Origin: Piromyces finnis finn
Lineage: Eukaryota; Fungi; Neocallimastigomycota
Direction: 5' to 3'
Assembly: GCA_002104945.1 (NCBI GenBank)
Contig: MCFH01000008.1
Coordinates: 248,001 to 312,000 of the forward strand
DNA: 64,000 bases
The notes beneath the pieces were generated by a model. It was given only the letters and a program-made list of their open reading frames with translations, had not been told where the DNA came from and ran no database searches. A program made the translations under genes and the position numbers. This document shows positions 25,802 to 39,010 of this stretch, piece by piece. Within the stretch, counting starts at the first letter, position 1. Every line of letters begins with the position of its first letter.

Positions 25802-28800
25802 ATGTCAGTCCTTTATATTAAAGATAAGAATTATATCAGACGTGGTACCCGGTCTTATGGTATCCCCTTAGATGATATTCGCTCCTTCTTTATCCGTGGT
25901 ATTCGATCATGGTCAGTAAATATGCTATGGGAAAAACTCGAGGTTATTCTGGAAGATAAATTTAATTCAGTTATTAGTGTTAAATATTTTCAGACTTTCA
26001 ATGATCACTTTTTCTTAGTCAAGGTTCATGGTTCATCGAAAGATTGTATTAAAATCTTACACATGTTAAAGAAGAAACTTTCAGTTACCTCAATTTCCTT
26101 TTCAGCTCGTAGTAGAAGGAATCACAAATACACTTTTTCCACACTCAAACGTAAAATTTTAGTTTCTAATAAACATCAACTTTCAATTCAACAATCACTT
26201 CAACAATCAGTTCAACAATCTCATCAACAATCCGATCTTCAACAAGATCTTCAACAAGATCTTCAACAAGTTTCCCATCATGAAAATATTCCAGATCTAC
26301 AGCAAACACAATTTCAATCTCAACATTCAACAATTAATTCTAATAGCTCTATCAACTCTGATAACAGTTCAATAGTTAATAGTTCTTCAGTTTCACAGCC
26401 ATCTAGTAATAGCTCTACTTATTCCTCTGATGCATCATCCATTAATAACGATGACTTTAATAATAATAATAATAGCAACGATTCTTCCTCATCCAACAAG
26501 CCTGATAACTTTTCTTTTTGTCTTAGTTGGAACACCAATGGGTGGAATCATGAAAAGAGAGATAGTATTAGCTATTTCACAGCTATTTTCAAACCATTAT
26601 TTTTATGTTTCCAAGAAACTGGTAATGGTTCTGGTTCGAATGCAGGTTATCCTTGTCGTGTTACTTTGCGGAACTATAGACACTTTTTCAAGAAAGCTGA
26701 CGAATCAGTTCCGGGAATGAGAGGTTTATATTTAGGTTTTCACAATTCGTGTCAAGCCTCACTTGAAAACTTCTCTGGAAAGTATATTATTTCTATTTAT
26801 ACTTTTAGTCTCTGGAATAGATTCAAATGCTCGATTGGAAATGTTTATATGCCTCATAGTCATCACAACATCTATGTTGATCATGCAAAGTTAGAAGTTC
26901 GCTTGTGGTTACAAACTCATTCATCCCATCCATCGATTCTTGTTGGTGATTTTAATATGTCTAAAGTAAAATTATCCAACTGGTTATCAACTAATGGATT
27001 AGGAGATTGGGAAATTCTTCCGCTTAGAGGGTCTACTATCTCTTGGACTCGAGGTGATCAATCTTCCGACATTGACCATGCTCTTATCAATTCGAAGATG
27101 AAAGATCTTATTCACTCAGCATCATTTATAAATAATTTTTATCCTGTATCAGACCATAAGCCACTTCTTATTAATGGTAAAATTATTCCTATGGAAGATT
27201 TTTCTAATGACTTTAATGTTCCTAAGAAAATTCTGAAATGGAATAGATTAAAATGTATTGAGGAAAAGAAATCTATTCTCAGTCATAATAAATTCCAAAT
27301 TCTTTCAGCAAAATTCAACGATCCTAATGTTTCTACAGATGAACTTTCCAAAGAGTTTACTTCAACTGCTTTTTCAATTGCAGACGAGCTCAGTATTACC
27401 TCAACTAATAATGTTATAAAGTCTTCGTTTCATATTTCACAACAAATTTTTAATCTTCAAAAAATCAAAATGAAGTTGTATAAGAGATTTAAAAAAGAAA
27501 GAATTTATGATATAGATGAATTTATTAAAAGAATTAAAATCTACCGTAAGCTCATTGATTACATCCACAAAAGATGTAATGAATTTAGGAAGCAAGAATA
27601 TCTTCATTGGATTAAAACAGGATGTGAGTATATGAAGAGTCATAATCCTAAGAAGGCCTGGAAATGGATCAAAAAAACTGCAAAAATTGGAAAAGATTCT
27701 TTCTTTATTGCTCAACCAATTAAAAACAAAAATGAAGAATTAGTTGTTGCTACAGAAGAACAACTGGAAGTGTGGCATGATCATTTCGAAAACCTTGCAT
27801 CAGATCCAAGTGGTGTAAGTCTTGATTTGGAGCATTGGTATGAAGAACCAACGAATAAACGTTTTTCACTCCCTATGCTTGATGAATGGGATATCAACCA
27901 AGATATTAGTATTGATGAAGTCAAGTCAGCTATCCTCTCTACTCCAAATTATAAAGCATCAGGTCCGGATGGTATTCCAATTGAATTTTACAAAGCATTA
28001 ATTCCATCTAGTAATGATTCTAATAATGCTACAGGTAATAATTCTTCTGGTAATACTACTTCAGATAATGATGCTCATGGGTTAAATTTTATTCTTAAAT
28101 TATTCAACCGTATTTGGGATGGAGATTTCCCCTGCTCTTGGAATGAATCCAGTATTGTTTCTATTCCTAAGAAGGGAGATTTGACAGATTGTGATAACTA
28201 TCGAGGTATATCACTTATCAATAATGGTATTAAGTTGATTTCCAAAATTGTCACCACTAGAATTTCAGAATATGGTTTAAAGAATAATTTCATTAGACCT
28301 GAACAATTTGGTTTTCGAAAAAAGGAAGAAAGTATCAGTCTTTTCATTTCAATCCAAGAAATATGCCGTAGACGTCAATTAGATAATAAAGAGACATATT
28401 TGGCCTTTTTAGATCTCAGGAAAGCATACGATTCAGTCCCAATCGGTAATATTATCCATAAATTAGATTGTTTAGGAATCCGAGGTAAGAATTTACAATT
28501 TATCAAAAATTTATATTTAACATCTAAGGCTAATGTCAAATTAGATGGACAATTCTCGAAATCTTTTGATGTGAAGAAAGGAGTCCGTCAAGGATGCCCT
28601 CTTTCTCCTATTCTCTTTAATCTCTTTATTAATGATATTTTTAAAGAATGCGAAGATCTCGGAGTCAGTTTAGGTGACACTCGATGCTGTGGTGGACTTT
28701 TTGCAGATGATATAGTTATTTGTGCTCCAACAAGAGGATGCTTAAAAAAGATGCTTAGAAGAGTTAATGAATGGGCATTGTATAATGAAATGGAATTTGG

Positions 28801-30340
28801 TATCCAGAAATGTTCAACGATGGTGATTCGTCCTGAATCAATAGAAAATCAGAACAAGAGAGATCCAACATTTTACTTAGCAGGACAACCCATTCCAACT
28901 ACTGATTGCTATACTTATCTTGGTGTTCCATTTGATAAGAATTTGTCCCTTAAACCAGTAATTAAAACTCTTAATAACAAGGTTTTGAAAGGACTTTTTT
29001 CAGTCAGAAAATTCTTAAGAAATCCTAATATTCCTATTCCTTTCAAAAAACTAGTACTTAACTCTCAAGTGATTAGCAGAGTTTCATACTTTGCACCATT
29101 ACTTGGATCCAACAAAGCTAGGTCTAGGATTGCTCAGAAGCATGTTAACAAAGGAATACGATGGATTGCCGGAGTTCATAAAGCTGTATCGTTTATATCT
29201 TTATACTCTATCTCAAAAGATTTGAATATTCCTCCATTGTCAGCCAAATGTGCTTTAGCTCAGGTTAGATGTTTTAACAAATGGAAAAATTCAAATTGTA
29301 TTATCTCATACCTTGTCAATTACATTCCTAAATTTAGAAAATACACGTGGTGCAAATCAAGTAGGACACTTGATAAAAAACTAAAGAAACATGGAGATGT
29401 TAAAGCAGTTAAAAACTTTTATTGGAAAGATCTCAAAGGGAATTCAATCAAAGCGCAATATTATGATGATAATAAATTTATTGAAACTAAAGATTTTATT
29501 AAATTATGTTATGAGTACCCAGAGTTTGCCTATGGCTTCTACTGGCTATTGAAAGCAAGAAGCGGATACAAGTTGGATGCTAGAGTTGCCAAAGCTGCTA
29601 AATTTGTTGATCCAGTTTGTCCTAACTACTGTCCATGTTGCAAGTGTGGAGATCAAAGTATTAAACATTGGTTATTAGATTGTCCAACATTTAGAGATAT
29701 CCGTATTAAACATTATGATTCTATAGTCCATCTATTAAATTTTTTCAGTCAACGTAATTCCAATAGTCCTATCAATAATAATGAAATTGATAATGTCAGC
29801 AGAGATAGCAATAACAGTAATAGTAATAGTAACAATAGTAATAATAACAATAGTAATAATAACAATAGTAGTATTAGTAATAATAGAAATAGTAATAATA
29901 ACAATAGTAGTAATAGAAATAATAATATTAGTAATGATAGCAATAGTGATGATAATAATTCTAATTTAGATAGTAATTTAGTTAATGATAGTAATAGTTC
30001 TAATAATGCGGTGAATATTAATGTGTATGATTATTCTAGTGTGTGCAGTAAAATATTTAAATTCCTTCTTGGGGGAAGAAGTTTTAACAATATTAATTAC
30101 AATTCAAGGGAATGGAAAGAACTTTGTAAGCGTCAGATTCAATCTGGTACTAATGAAGGAACACCATTCTTGACGGTAACCGCGGAACTTCTAACCAAAA
30201 TCATGCCTTTTGCTATTGGCCAGCAATGGTCTATGTTCAAAAGGTTTGAAGCAACATCCAAGAGCGTCAATGCTGAAGAAACAGTAAGACAGGCCAGGAG
30301 GGCCAGCGCAACCAATGGAGATCATAATTTTGTTCCATGA
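25802..30340 (+). CDS. LINE polyprotein: N-terminal RRM-like region, APE endonuclease, reverse transcriptase, C-terminal CCHC-type zinc knuckle
   Basis: Uninterrupted 1512 aa. APE motifs SWNTNG, FQET, GNVYMP, VGDFN, SDIDH, SDHKPL. RT motifs KASGPDG, NYRGISL, QFGFR, FLDLRKAYDSV, GVRQGCPLSPILF, LFADD, YLGV. Knuckle CPCCKCGDQSIKHWLLDC. Confidence 0.95.
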   Translation: MSVLYIKDKNYIRRGTRSYGIPLDDIRSFFIRGIRSWSVNMLWEKLEVILEDKFNSVISVKYFQTFNDHFFLVKVHGSSKDCIKILHMLKKKLSVTSISFSARSRRNHKYTFSTLKRKILVSNKHQLSIQQSLQQSVQQSHQQSDLQQDLQQDLQQVSHHENIPDLQQTQFQSQHSTINSNSSINSDNSSIVNSSSVSQPSSNSSTYSSDASSINNDDFNNNNNSNDSSSSNKPDNFSFCLSWNTNGWNHEKRDSISYFTAIFKPLFLCFQETGNGSGSNAGYPCRVTLRNYRHFFKKADESVPGMRGLYLGFHNSCQASLENFSGKYIISIYTFSLWNRFKCSIGNVYMPHSHHNIYVDHAKLEVRLWLQTHSSHPSILVGDFNMSKVKLSNWLSTNGLGDWEILPLRGSTISWTRGDQSSDIDHALINSKMKDLIHSASFINNFYPVSDHKPLLINGKIIPMEDFSNDFNVPKKILKWNRLKCIEEKKSILSHNKFQILSAKFNDPNVSTDELSKEFTSTAFSIADELSITSTNNVIKSSFHISQQIFNLQKIKMKLYKRFKKERIYDIDEFIKRIKIYRKLIDYIHKRCNEFRKQEYLHWIKTGCEYMKSHNPKKAWKWIKKTAKIGKDSFFIAQPIKNKNEELVVATEEQLEVWHDHFENLASDPSGVSLDLEHWYEEPTNKRFSLPMLDEWDINQDISIDEVKSAILSTPNYKASGPDGIPIEFYKALIPSSNDSNNATGNNSSGNTTSDNDAHGLNFILKLFNRIWDGDFPCSWNESSIVSIPKKGDLTDCDNYRGISLINNGIKLISKIVTTRISEYGLKNNFIRPEQFGFRKKEESISLFISIQEICRRRQLDNKETYLAFLDLRKAYDSVPIGNIIHKLDCLGIRGKNLQFIKNLYLTSKANVKLDGQFSKSFDVKKGVRQGCPLSPILFNLFINDIFKECEDLGVSLGDTRCCGGLFADDIVICAPTRGCLKKMLRRVNEWALYNEMEFGIQKCSTMVIRPESIENQNKRDPTFYLAGQPIPTTDCYTYLGVPFDKNLSLKPVIKTLNNKVLKGLFSVRKFLRNPNIPIPFKKLVLNSQVISRVSYFAPLLGSNKARSRIAQKHVNKGIRWIAGVHKAVSFISLYSISKDLNIPPLSAKCALAQVRCFNKWKNSNCIISYLVNYIPKFRKYTWCKSSRTLDKKLKKHGDVKAVKNFYWKDLKGNSIKAQYYDDNKFIETKDFIKLCYEYPEFAYGFYWLLKARSGYKLDARVAKAAKFVDPVCPNYCPCCKCGDQSIKHWLLDCPTFRDIRIKHYDSIVHLLNFFSQRNSNSPINNNEIDNVSRDSNNSNSNSNNSNNNNSNNNNSSISNNRNSNNNNSSNRNNNISNDSNSDDNNSNLDSNLVNDSNSSNNAVNINVYDYSSVCSKIFKFLLGGRSFNNINYNSREWKELCKRQIQSGTNEGTPFLTVTAELLTKIMPFAIGQQWSMFKRFEATSKSVNAEETVRQARRASATNGDHNFVP

Positions 30341-30583
30341 CAAAATTTTGATCTTTGGCTCGGTGTCCCATTGGAAGTCAAATACAATTATTATACTTTA
30401 GTATGATAGTGGTTTTCTTACTTTAATTAAAATTACTAGAATACATTATACCCAATTTTTATTCATTTGTGTTTATTTAAACATATTATTTTTATTTTTA
30501 TTTTTATTTTTAATTTTTTTATTACATGTATTATAATTTTAATTAAATTAATAATAAAGTTTAAAATATTTGATGCCGTTAAA

Positions 30584-30620
<37 letters not shown>

Positions 30621-31567
30621 GATATACAAACTATTCAAATTATTAAATTATTATATATCAACTATAATCATTATGATTTATTTATTACATCCTTTTATAC
30701 ATATCAACTCAACAGTATTATCTAGGTATTTGGGAATCTATAACAATAAAAAGATTACAATTTTTTTTTTTTATTGAACATACCCAAATCGTTTATACCT
30801 ACACTAGATCAATTTTATTTTATTATTTTAAAAAAAAAAAATTATAATACAGAAAATTTGTATCCAAAAAAAAAAAAAAAAAAAAATAGACTTACAATGA
30901 AAAAAGCACAAACCTTTTTTGTTATGTTTTTATTAGACTTTACATATTTCCAGTTATCTTTCTTCAATGATTATTATGAATAATTTAATATGTTATTATT
31001 AAAAAAACTTTTAAAATATATCATATAATAATTTTAATAATTTTAGCAAAAATTAAAGATAAATTATTATATTTTAAGCAATGTCATTAATTTATTTAAA
31101 ATAAAATAGTTTACAAAGTTTTAATTATAAAATAATAAATTGTTAAGAAACAATTAGTAATGTAATAATTATTTTTTAAAATAATAAAAATCACAATTTA
31201 TACAAAACTGCTATATTTATGAAAATATTATAATTGTTGTATACTTTTAAAAACTTATCATTATAATCAAAAACTTTTTTTGATAATATCTGTGTAAAAA
31301 AAGAAAAAACTCCTCCTCATAAATCTTTAAAAATTTTTGTGCTAGATAAAAAAAAAAAAAGATATATATATTAAATTTTATTTAAAATGGTACCACCTAC
31401 GTGCATATGCATATGCATATGCATATACATACATTAAAATATTAAAATAGTATATAACTGATATTGATAAAAAGAAAATTGTTTCGGTTATTAATAAAAA
31501 AAATACATTTTTATATTCTTTATACTCTGTATATAGTATAATATTATTAGTTATTTAATTTTAATCG

Positions 31568-31806
<239 letters not shown>

Positions 31807-32177
31807 CTATCACTAATAATTATATATATTATATTATATATATTAGCATTTACAATTTTTTATGATAATTATAATTCTAAAAAAAAAAAAAAAAAATTAA
31901 AATTAAAATTCTAAAACTTTAAATAAAAAACAATTAATATATAAATAATAAATGTTATACTCCATTTTTTTTTTCTCTTTTAAAAAAAAAAAAAAAAAAA
32001 AAGTTTAAGAATATATATATAAATTAATAAATATATATCTATTAAATCCATTAATAACTTTTTTTCGCTTAAATACCTTTATATGTTATAAATATAAAAA
32101 ATATAAACATATTAACTTGATATAAAAAAAAAAAAAAAAAAAAAATAGATAATTTAAAAAAAAAATATTAATAATAT

Positions 32178-32970
32178 ATGTCAGCAACAGAAAATACTGT
32201 TGACATAACAGATGTACCACCAAATGATACATCTGTTAGTCCAAAGACTACAGATAATAAAGAAAATGATGCTAATGTTAAAAAATTATCCTATATTAGT
32301 TTATTTAGATATTCAACATTAGGAGAAAAAATTATGGTTTGTGTTGGTTTGTTAGGTGCAATAGGCCAAGGTCTTACAATGCCAACCATGTAAAGTTTAA
32401 TGCATTAATTCATAATGCCTTGAAATATAATATTTTATAATATAATGCAATTGAATAAAACACTAACTATATTATATCTATTATTTCTATTTTATAAAAA
32501 AAAAAATAAAAGGATTCAAGTAATGAATAAATTGATTAATTTATTTATTAGTCTTGTTGCTATAGTAACAGTTAGAAATATTACTGGCATTAATGATAAT
32601 GTACTATATATATTTTCATTATTTTTTATTTAGTATAATAAGTTTTTTTTCTCTCTATATATGCTTTCTACATATTCCTTTTATAAATTATTCTCTATTA
32701 TTTATTAATTTTAAATATATAACAATAATTTTAATAATAATATTATATAAATTAGGATGATTTATTATTTGATTTTCTATCCATTGCAAATAGTGGTAAT
32801 CAACAAGCATTACAACAATTTTTAAGTGAACACAAAGAAATAAATATGGAAAAAATTCAAGCCATGTCACAAGGATATGATCTTTCAGCCTATGGTGATG
32901 TTGATATTAATTCTATGCTTATGAAAGTAATTATATTCATATTAAAAAAAAAGTTTAATTATTATTATTC

Positions 32971-33041
<71 letters not shown>

Positions 33042-36000
33042 TATGAAATTATTAAATTATTAAATATTTTATTTATATTTTATTTTGTTATTTTTCATTT
33101 TTAATTAGTCTGATGATTTTTGGAGTAAATTCCATACCTATATGATATATTTGGGTTTAATTGCTATTCTTTCTTTCGTTTCATCCTTTTTAATGGATTC
33201 AATGTTGACTGTTTCAGCGTTAAAACAAGTTACTAGAATTAGATCATTAACATTTAAATCTATTGTTAAACAAGAAATTCCATGGCATGAAAAAACAAGT
33301 CCAGGTGAATTAGCTTCTCGTATTATTAGTGATACTATTTTAATTGAACAAGGTATTGGACTTAAACTTGGAATGGTTCTTCAAAGTTTCGTTACCTTTA
33401 TAGCTTGTTTTATACTGGCATATAAAAATGGATGGAAATTATCATTAGTCATGTCATCAATTATTCCAGTGTTACTTATATTAATGGGTATCCTTGTCGT
33501 TATCTTGAAAAAATATACGAAAAGAAGTCAAGATGCCTACGCCGAATTAGGTGGCATTGCTCAAGAAGCCTTCTCTCAAATTAGAACTATTGTTTCTTTC
33601 GGTACTGAACAAAAAGAAATTGATCGTTACGTTGACAAATTGAAACCAACTAGAAAATATGGTATCATTAAAGGACACACTCTTGGATCTGTTCTTGGTA
33701 TGACTTTTGGTATTATATATGCATCTTACTCCATTGCTTTTATTTATGGTACACACCTTATTCAAGATGGTGATATGTTATATGGTGATGTATTAGGAGT
33801 ATTTATGGGTATTATGATGGGTGCAATGATGTTATCCACTGGTAGTGCCTTTTTAAATTCGTTTGGTGAAGCCACTGGTGCTGCTGCAAAACTTTTCGAT
33901 ATTATTGAACGTGAACCAGAAATTAAATTAGAAGGTGGTTTAATTCCAGATAAACCAACAGAAGGTCATATTGAATTCCAGGATGTTCGTTTCAACTATC
34001 CTTCTCGTCCAGACGTAGAAGTATTAAAAGGTATTTCTTTCAAATGTTTACCTGGTCAAACTGTAGCCTTAGTAGGTGCTTCTGGTTCCGGTAAATCAAC
34101 AACAGTTCAATTATTAGAAAGATTCTACAACAAAAAGAGCGGTAGGATTTTAGTTGATGGAAAGGATATCGAAGAATATAATGTTCAATGGATTCGTTCA
34201 CAAATCGGTTTGGTATCGCAAGAACCTACTTTATTCGATAATTCTGTTGCTAAAAATATTGCTATTAATAGTCCAAATGCTACTCAAGAACAAATTGAAG
34301 AAGCTGCTAAATTAGCAAATGCTCACGAATTCATTCAAAAATTATCAAATGGATATGAAACTAGTACTGGTGAAAGAGGTTTACAAATGAGTGGTGGTCA
34401 AAAACAACGTATTTGTATTGCTCGTGCTTTAATTAATAATCCAAAGATTTTATTATTGGATGAAGCTACCTCTGCATTAGATAATAAATCAGAAAAGGTT
34501 GTTCAAGCCGCTTTAGATTCTGCCGCTTCAGGTAGAACTACATTAGTTATTGCTCATCGTTTATCAACAATTAAAAACGCTGATTTAATTATTGTTATGG
34601 AAAAGGGTATTATTATTGAATCCGGTACACACGATGAATTAATGAAAATGAAAAAGTATTACTATAACTTAGTTAAAAATCAAGAAATTAAAATTAAGGA
34701 AGATGAAAAAGATCCAGATTCTGAAGCTGAGGATGGTGATCCAGATGCCATTCAACAAACTCAATTTGTTGAACCAGTCACTACTACCCGTCGTGAAACC
34801 ACTGTTTTAAGTCGTATTGCCTCTTCTATTTCAATGTCTCGTCGTCAAACTACCGGTGGATTAAGTGAAAAGAGTACACATGAAGCATCTGGAAAATCTT
34901 ATGATTTTAGTGATATGGAATGGAAAAGATACTTTAATATGAATAAACCATATTGGTTACCTAATTTACTCGGATTTATTGGTGCTTTATTTAATGGAGC
35001 AATGCAACCAGCCTTTGCCTTTATTTTCTCAGAAGCTCTTAATACTTTCACTAAACAAGGTGATGATTTAATTAATGGTGGTTTGTTCTGGGGTTTAATG
35101 TTCATTGTTTTAGGTGTTTGTAATTTCTTCTCTTTCTACTTTAATATGGGTGGTTTCTTCATTGCTGGTGAATACTTATCCCACGATTTACGTAAGAAGA
35201 TGTATAACAATATGATTCGTCAAGAAGTTGGATTCTTTGATACCAATGATATTGGTGATGGTACTGAAGAAGCAGGTGGTCGTGGACCACATTCAACAAC
35301 CACTAGTACAGGTACATTAACCGCTAAATTAGCTACTGAAGCAGGTCTTGTTAATGGTTTAAACACAAATATTGGACAAGTATTCCAACAAATTGTCACT
35401 GTTGTTGGTGGTTTTGGTATTGCTTTCTTTAACGGATGGAAATTAACTTTAATTCTTTTAATTGCTGTTCCCTTCTTATTTGTAGGATCTGCCCTTTCAA
35501 TGAAGTCCATGAAAACAAAGAATAAAGAAAATAGAACTATTTTTGAAAGTAGTTCTAAAGTTGCCACTGAAGCCATCATTAGTGTTAAAACGGTTTATGC
35601 CTTAAATCTTAATGAATACTTTACAAAATTATATGATGAAAAGTTAGAAGAACCAAAGAAAAGAATAGAACGTAGATCATACATCAGTGCTATTGGTACT
35701 GGTTTTAGTAATGCTGTAGCTTTCCTTGCATTTATTTTAGGATATTGGGTTGGTGCTAAATTTATTGAAAAAAATGAAATTCAATTTGATCATATGTTCA
35801 AGGTTTTAATGGCTATTATTTTAACTGCCATGGCTGTTGGTCAAAGTAGTTCAATTATTAGTGAAACTCAAAAAGCAGTTGAAGCATTTATGCATGTTAT
35901 CGAAATTATTGATCGTAAACCAAAAATTGATGCTAGTGATCCAAGCGGTAAAACAAAAGAAATTACTGATTTACATGCAAATCTTGAATTTAGTGAAATT

Positions 36001-36750
36001 CGTTTCCGTTATCCATCTCGTCCAAAGGTCACCGTTTTACGTATGGGTGATAAAAAGATTACAGTCCCATCAGGAAAAGTATGTGCCTTTGTTGGTGCTT
36101 CTGGTAGTGGTAAAAGTACAATTATTGGTTTACTTCCACGTTGGTATGATGCTAACCATGGTTCAGTTAAGATGGATGATGTTGAAAATAAAGAATATAA
36201 CATTAAATGGCTTCGTCAACAAATTGGTATTGTTAATCAGGAACCATGTCTTTTCAACATTTCTATTAAGGAAAATATTAAATATGGTAAATTGGATGCT
36301 ACCGATGAAGAAATTTATGAAGCTTGTAAAAAGGCAAACATTCATGACTTTATTATGTCTCTTCCAGAAAAGTATGATACCCAAGTTGGTGGTCTTGGTA
36401 CTTCACAAATGAGTGGTGGTCAAAAGCAACGTATTGCTATTGCTCGTGCCATGATTCGTAATCCAAAGATTTTATTATTAGATGAAGCTACCTCTGCTTT
36501 AGATGCCGAATCCGAATTAATTGTACAAAAAGCATTAGAAGAAGCATCTGAAGGTCGTACTACCATTACCATTGCTCATCGTTTATCAACAGTTAAAGAT
36601 GCTGATCTTATTTGTGTCTTTAGAGAAGGACGTATTATTGAAATGGGTAATCACGAAGAACTTATGGGAAAGAAGGGAGAATATTATAATATGGTTTTAG
36701 CTGGTGATGGTAGTATTGCTAAGGGAAATGAAATTGCTAAAAACACATAA
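32178..36750 (+). CDS. ABCB/MDR1-like paralog 2 (4 exons)
   Basis: Exons 32178-32389, 32513-32600, 32756-32926 and 33109-36750 join in frame at GT-AG sites. Starts MSATENTVDITDVP like paralog 1. Two complete NBDs. Confidence 0.93.
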
Positions 36751-37980
36751 ATATTTTTTTATTATTATTATTAATATTATTAGTATTGGAAAATTTCTTT
36801 TTTTTTATTACTCTTTTTTTATGTATATTTTTAATTAGGAATTAAATTGATAAAAGTTTAACAAAGTTTAAATTGTTTTTTCACATAGTTTATAACAACA
36901 TCATATATTTTAATGTAGAAATGAAAAAGCATATAATATCATATTTCTTTTTTTTTTTTTTAATTAATGGATTTATTCAAACATATAATAAATAAAAAAA
37001 AATTTTTAATCCTATTTTAATTTGTACAATAATAAATGGTTTAATCAGTTATTATTGTTCATGTATATAAATTGTTAAAAGTACACTTTTAAAATCTAAA
37101 AAAAAAAAAAAAATTTCAAATATTTATTATTGGTGGCAAAGTGCTTTTTTTATTATAAAATTGAAAAAATTAATTTTTAATAATAAACAAAAATAAATCT
37201 ATAATGAAAGGTTAGGTTTTAGATATTCTAAAAAGTGTAATTAAATTTTATTATTTCAATGTCTAATTATCCATATCTTTGTATTAAAGGGATATATAGA
37301 AATTGTATAACTACACGATTTTTTTATTGTTATTATTATAATTATTATTAATTGTTATTAATTTATAAATATATCTTATTTACCATCTTCCTATCTTTAC
37401 GATTTAATGCAAATAAATTATAAAAGCACAAAATAAATTTTACCTCCACAAAAAATTGATGGATTAAACTTAGAGGAAAAAATAAAAAAAAAAAAAAAAA
37501 AGAAAATATATATATATAACCATATTTAATTAGTAGTATCTTTTAATATTTTATAATTTGTGTTGCTGTCACAGTAGCAAAGAGACATCTCATATTTTGG
37601 GTTTTATTAATCTTTTAATTATTAAGATTTTATTTTTTTTTTTAAAAAATTTAACTTTAAAAATTTTGTTTTTTATTATTAATGTTATATTAAATATTTT
37701 ATACTTTTCAACATTTATATAGAAAGTATAATAAATAGTATTCAAAGAAAAAAAAATAGATAAAAACAAAGAAAGTCTATTATTTATTATCACGCCACTT
37801 TCTTTCTTTTTAGAACAAATAGAATTTAGAATAAAAGAATTATATATATATTCACTTTTTTCTTTTTTAATATAAAAATAATAATTAATAATGAAATAAT
37901 AATATGAATATCAACCAAAGCTATATAAAATAATTATTTTATACATTGTAAAATAAAAAATTGAATAAAAAAAAAAGAAA

Positions 37981-38977
37981 ATGTCAAATAACAGTATTAA
38001 TATATCAACAAATGAAAATGATATAAATAAAGAAAGTAATACCATTGATGACAATAAAAATAATAATGATAGTAAAATCAATGTTGTAAACGATAGCAAA
38101 AATAATTCCGAGTTAAATATCCCGGATAAAAGTACCAATTCTTCAAATGTCAATAATGATGAAAATATTAATATTTCTAATGGAAGTAATGATAATTTCA
38201 AATTAAATGATAATATTATCAATGAAAATGACTGTAATAATAAAAGTTATGAAAGTAATATTAATCAAATAACATCAAATCCTGATACCCTTGTGGAAAA
38301 TAGCTCGAATGAAAACTTACAAGGTTAATATCTCCAAGAGAAAAACAAGATAATAAATTATTATATTAAAATTTATTAAAATTAATCCAATTTTTTAATT
38401 GCCTTTCATTTCATATATAATACATTATTGTATAGAATTAAATAAAAAAAAAGGAAAAAAAGTAGTTATACAAGATGAAATATATGTAGATGATGAAAAT
38501 GATGAAGAATCCATAAAAGATCAAAATAATGGAAAAAAGAAAGTTTCGTTTTTTGGTTTATTTAGATATTCGACAAAATTAGAAAAAATTATGATTTTTA
38601 TTGGATTACTTGGTGCTATTTGTCAAGGTGCTACCTTACCATTAATGTATTCATAAACTTATATATACAATAATATCAATGATAATAGAATTTAAATTAT
38701 TAAATTGATTATTAGAAAATAATTTTTTTTTAATTTCTAAATGATTTAAAAATTTAAATACATTTATATATATTGCTTAGGATTCAGGTAATGGGTGATA
38801 TTATAGAACTTTTTATGTCGCTTGTTATGCTAGTAACATTAAGAAAAGAAACTGGACTTGATGTATATAGATAAAAAAAAAAAAACATAAATTCATATTA
38901 AATTATATTTTTAAAATATACAGATTCATATTTAATTTATATTAATATTTTAAAAATTTAATATTAAATATTCTCTC

Positions 38978-39010
<33 letters not shown>

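Larger units (their letters stand above)
24864..30617 (+). mobile_element. Full-length APE-type non-LTR retrotransposon (LINE) with a single ORF
   Basis: Contains the EN-RT-zinc-knuckle ORF and a poly(A) tract at ~30587-30617. Candidate 9-bp TSD TATGATATA at 24855-24863 and 30618-30626. Boundaries are tentative because the TSD is short and AT-rich. Confidence 0.8.

Noticed and set aside
29749-29969. Poly-Leu and Ile/Val-rich ORFs
   Set aside because: They are alternative frames of the Asn/Ser repeat inside the LINE ORF.
30262-30305. GTC...CTGAAGA resembling a hammerhead core (also at 17495-17538)
   Set aside because: No stem I between GTC and CTGAAGA, and no stem II-GAAA-stem III downstream.
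31400-31428. (GCATAT)n self-complementary repeat upstream of ABCB paralog 2
   Set aside because: Short simple repeat with no evidence of function.
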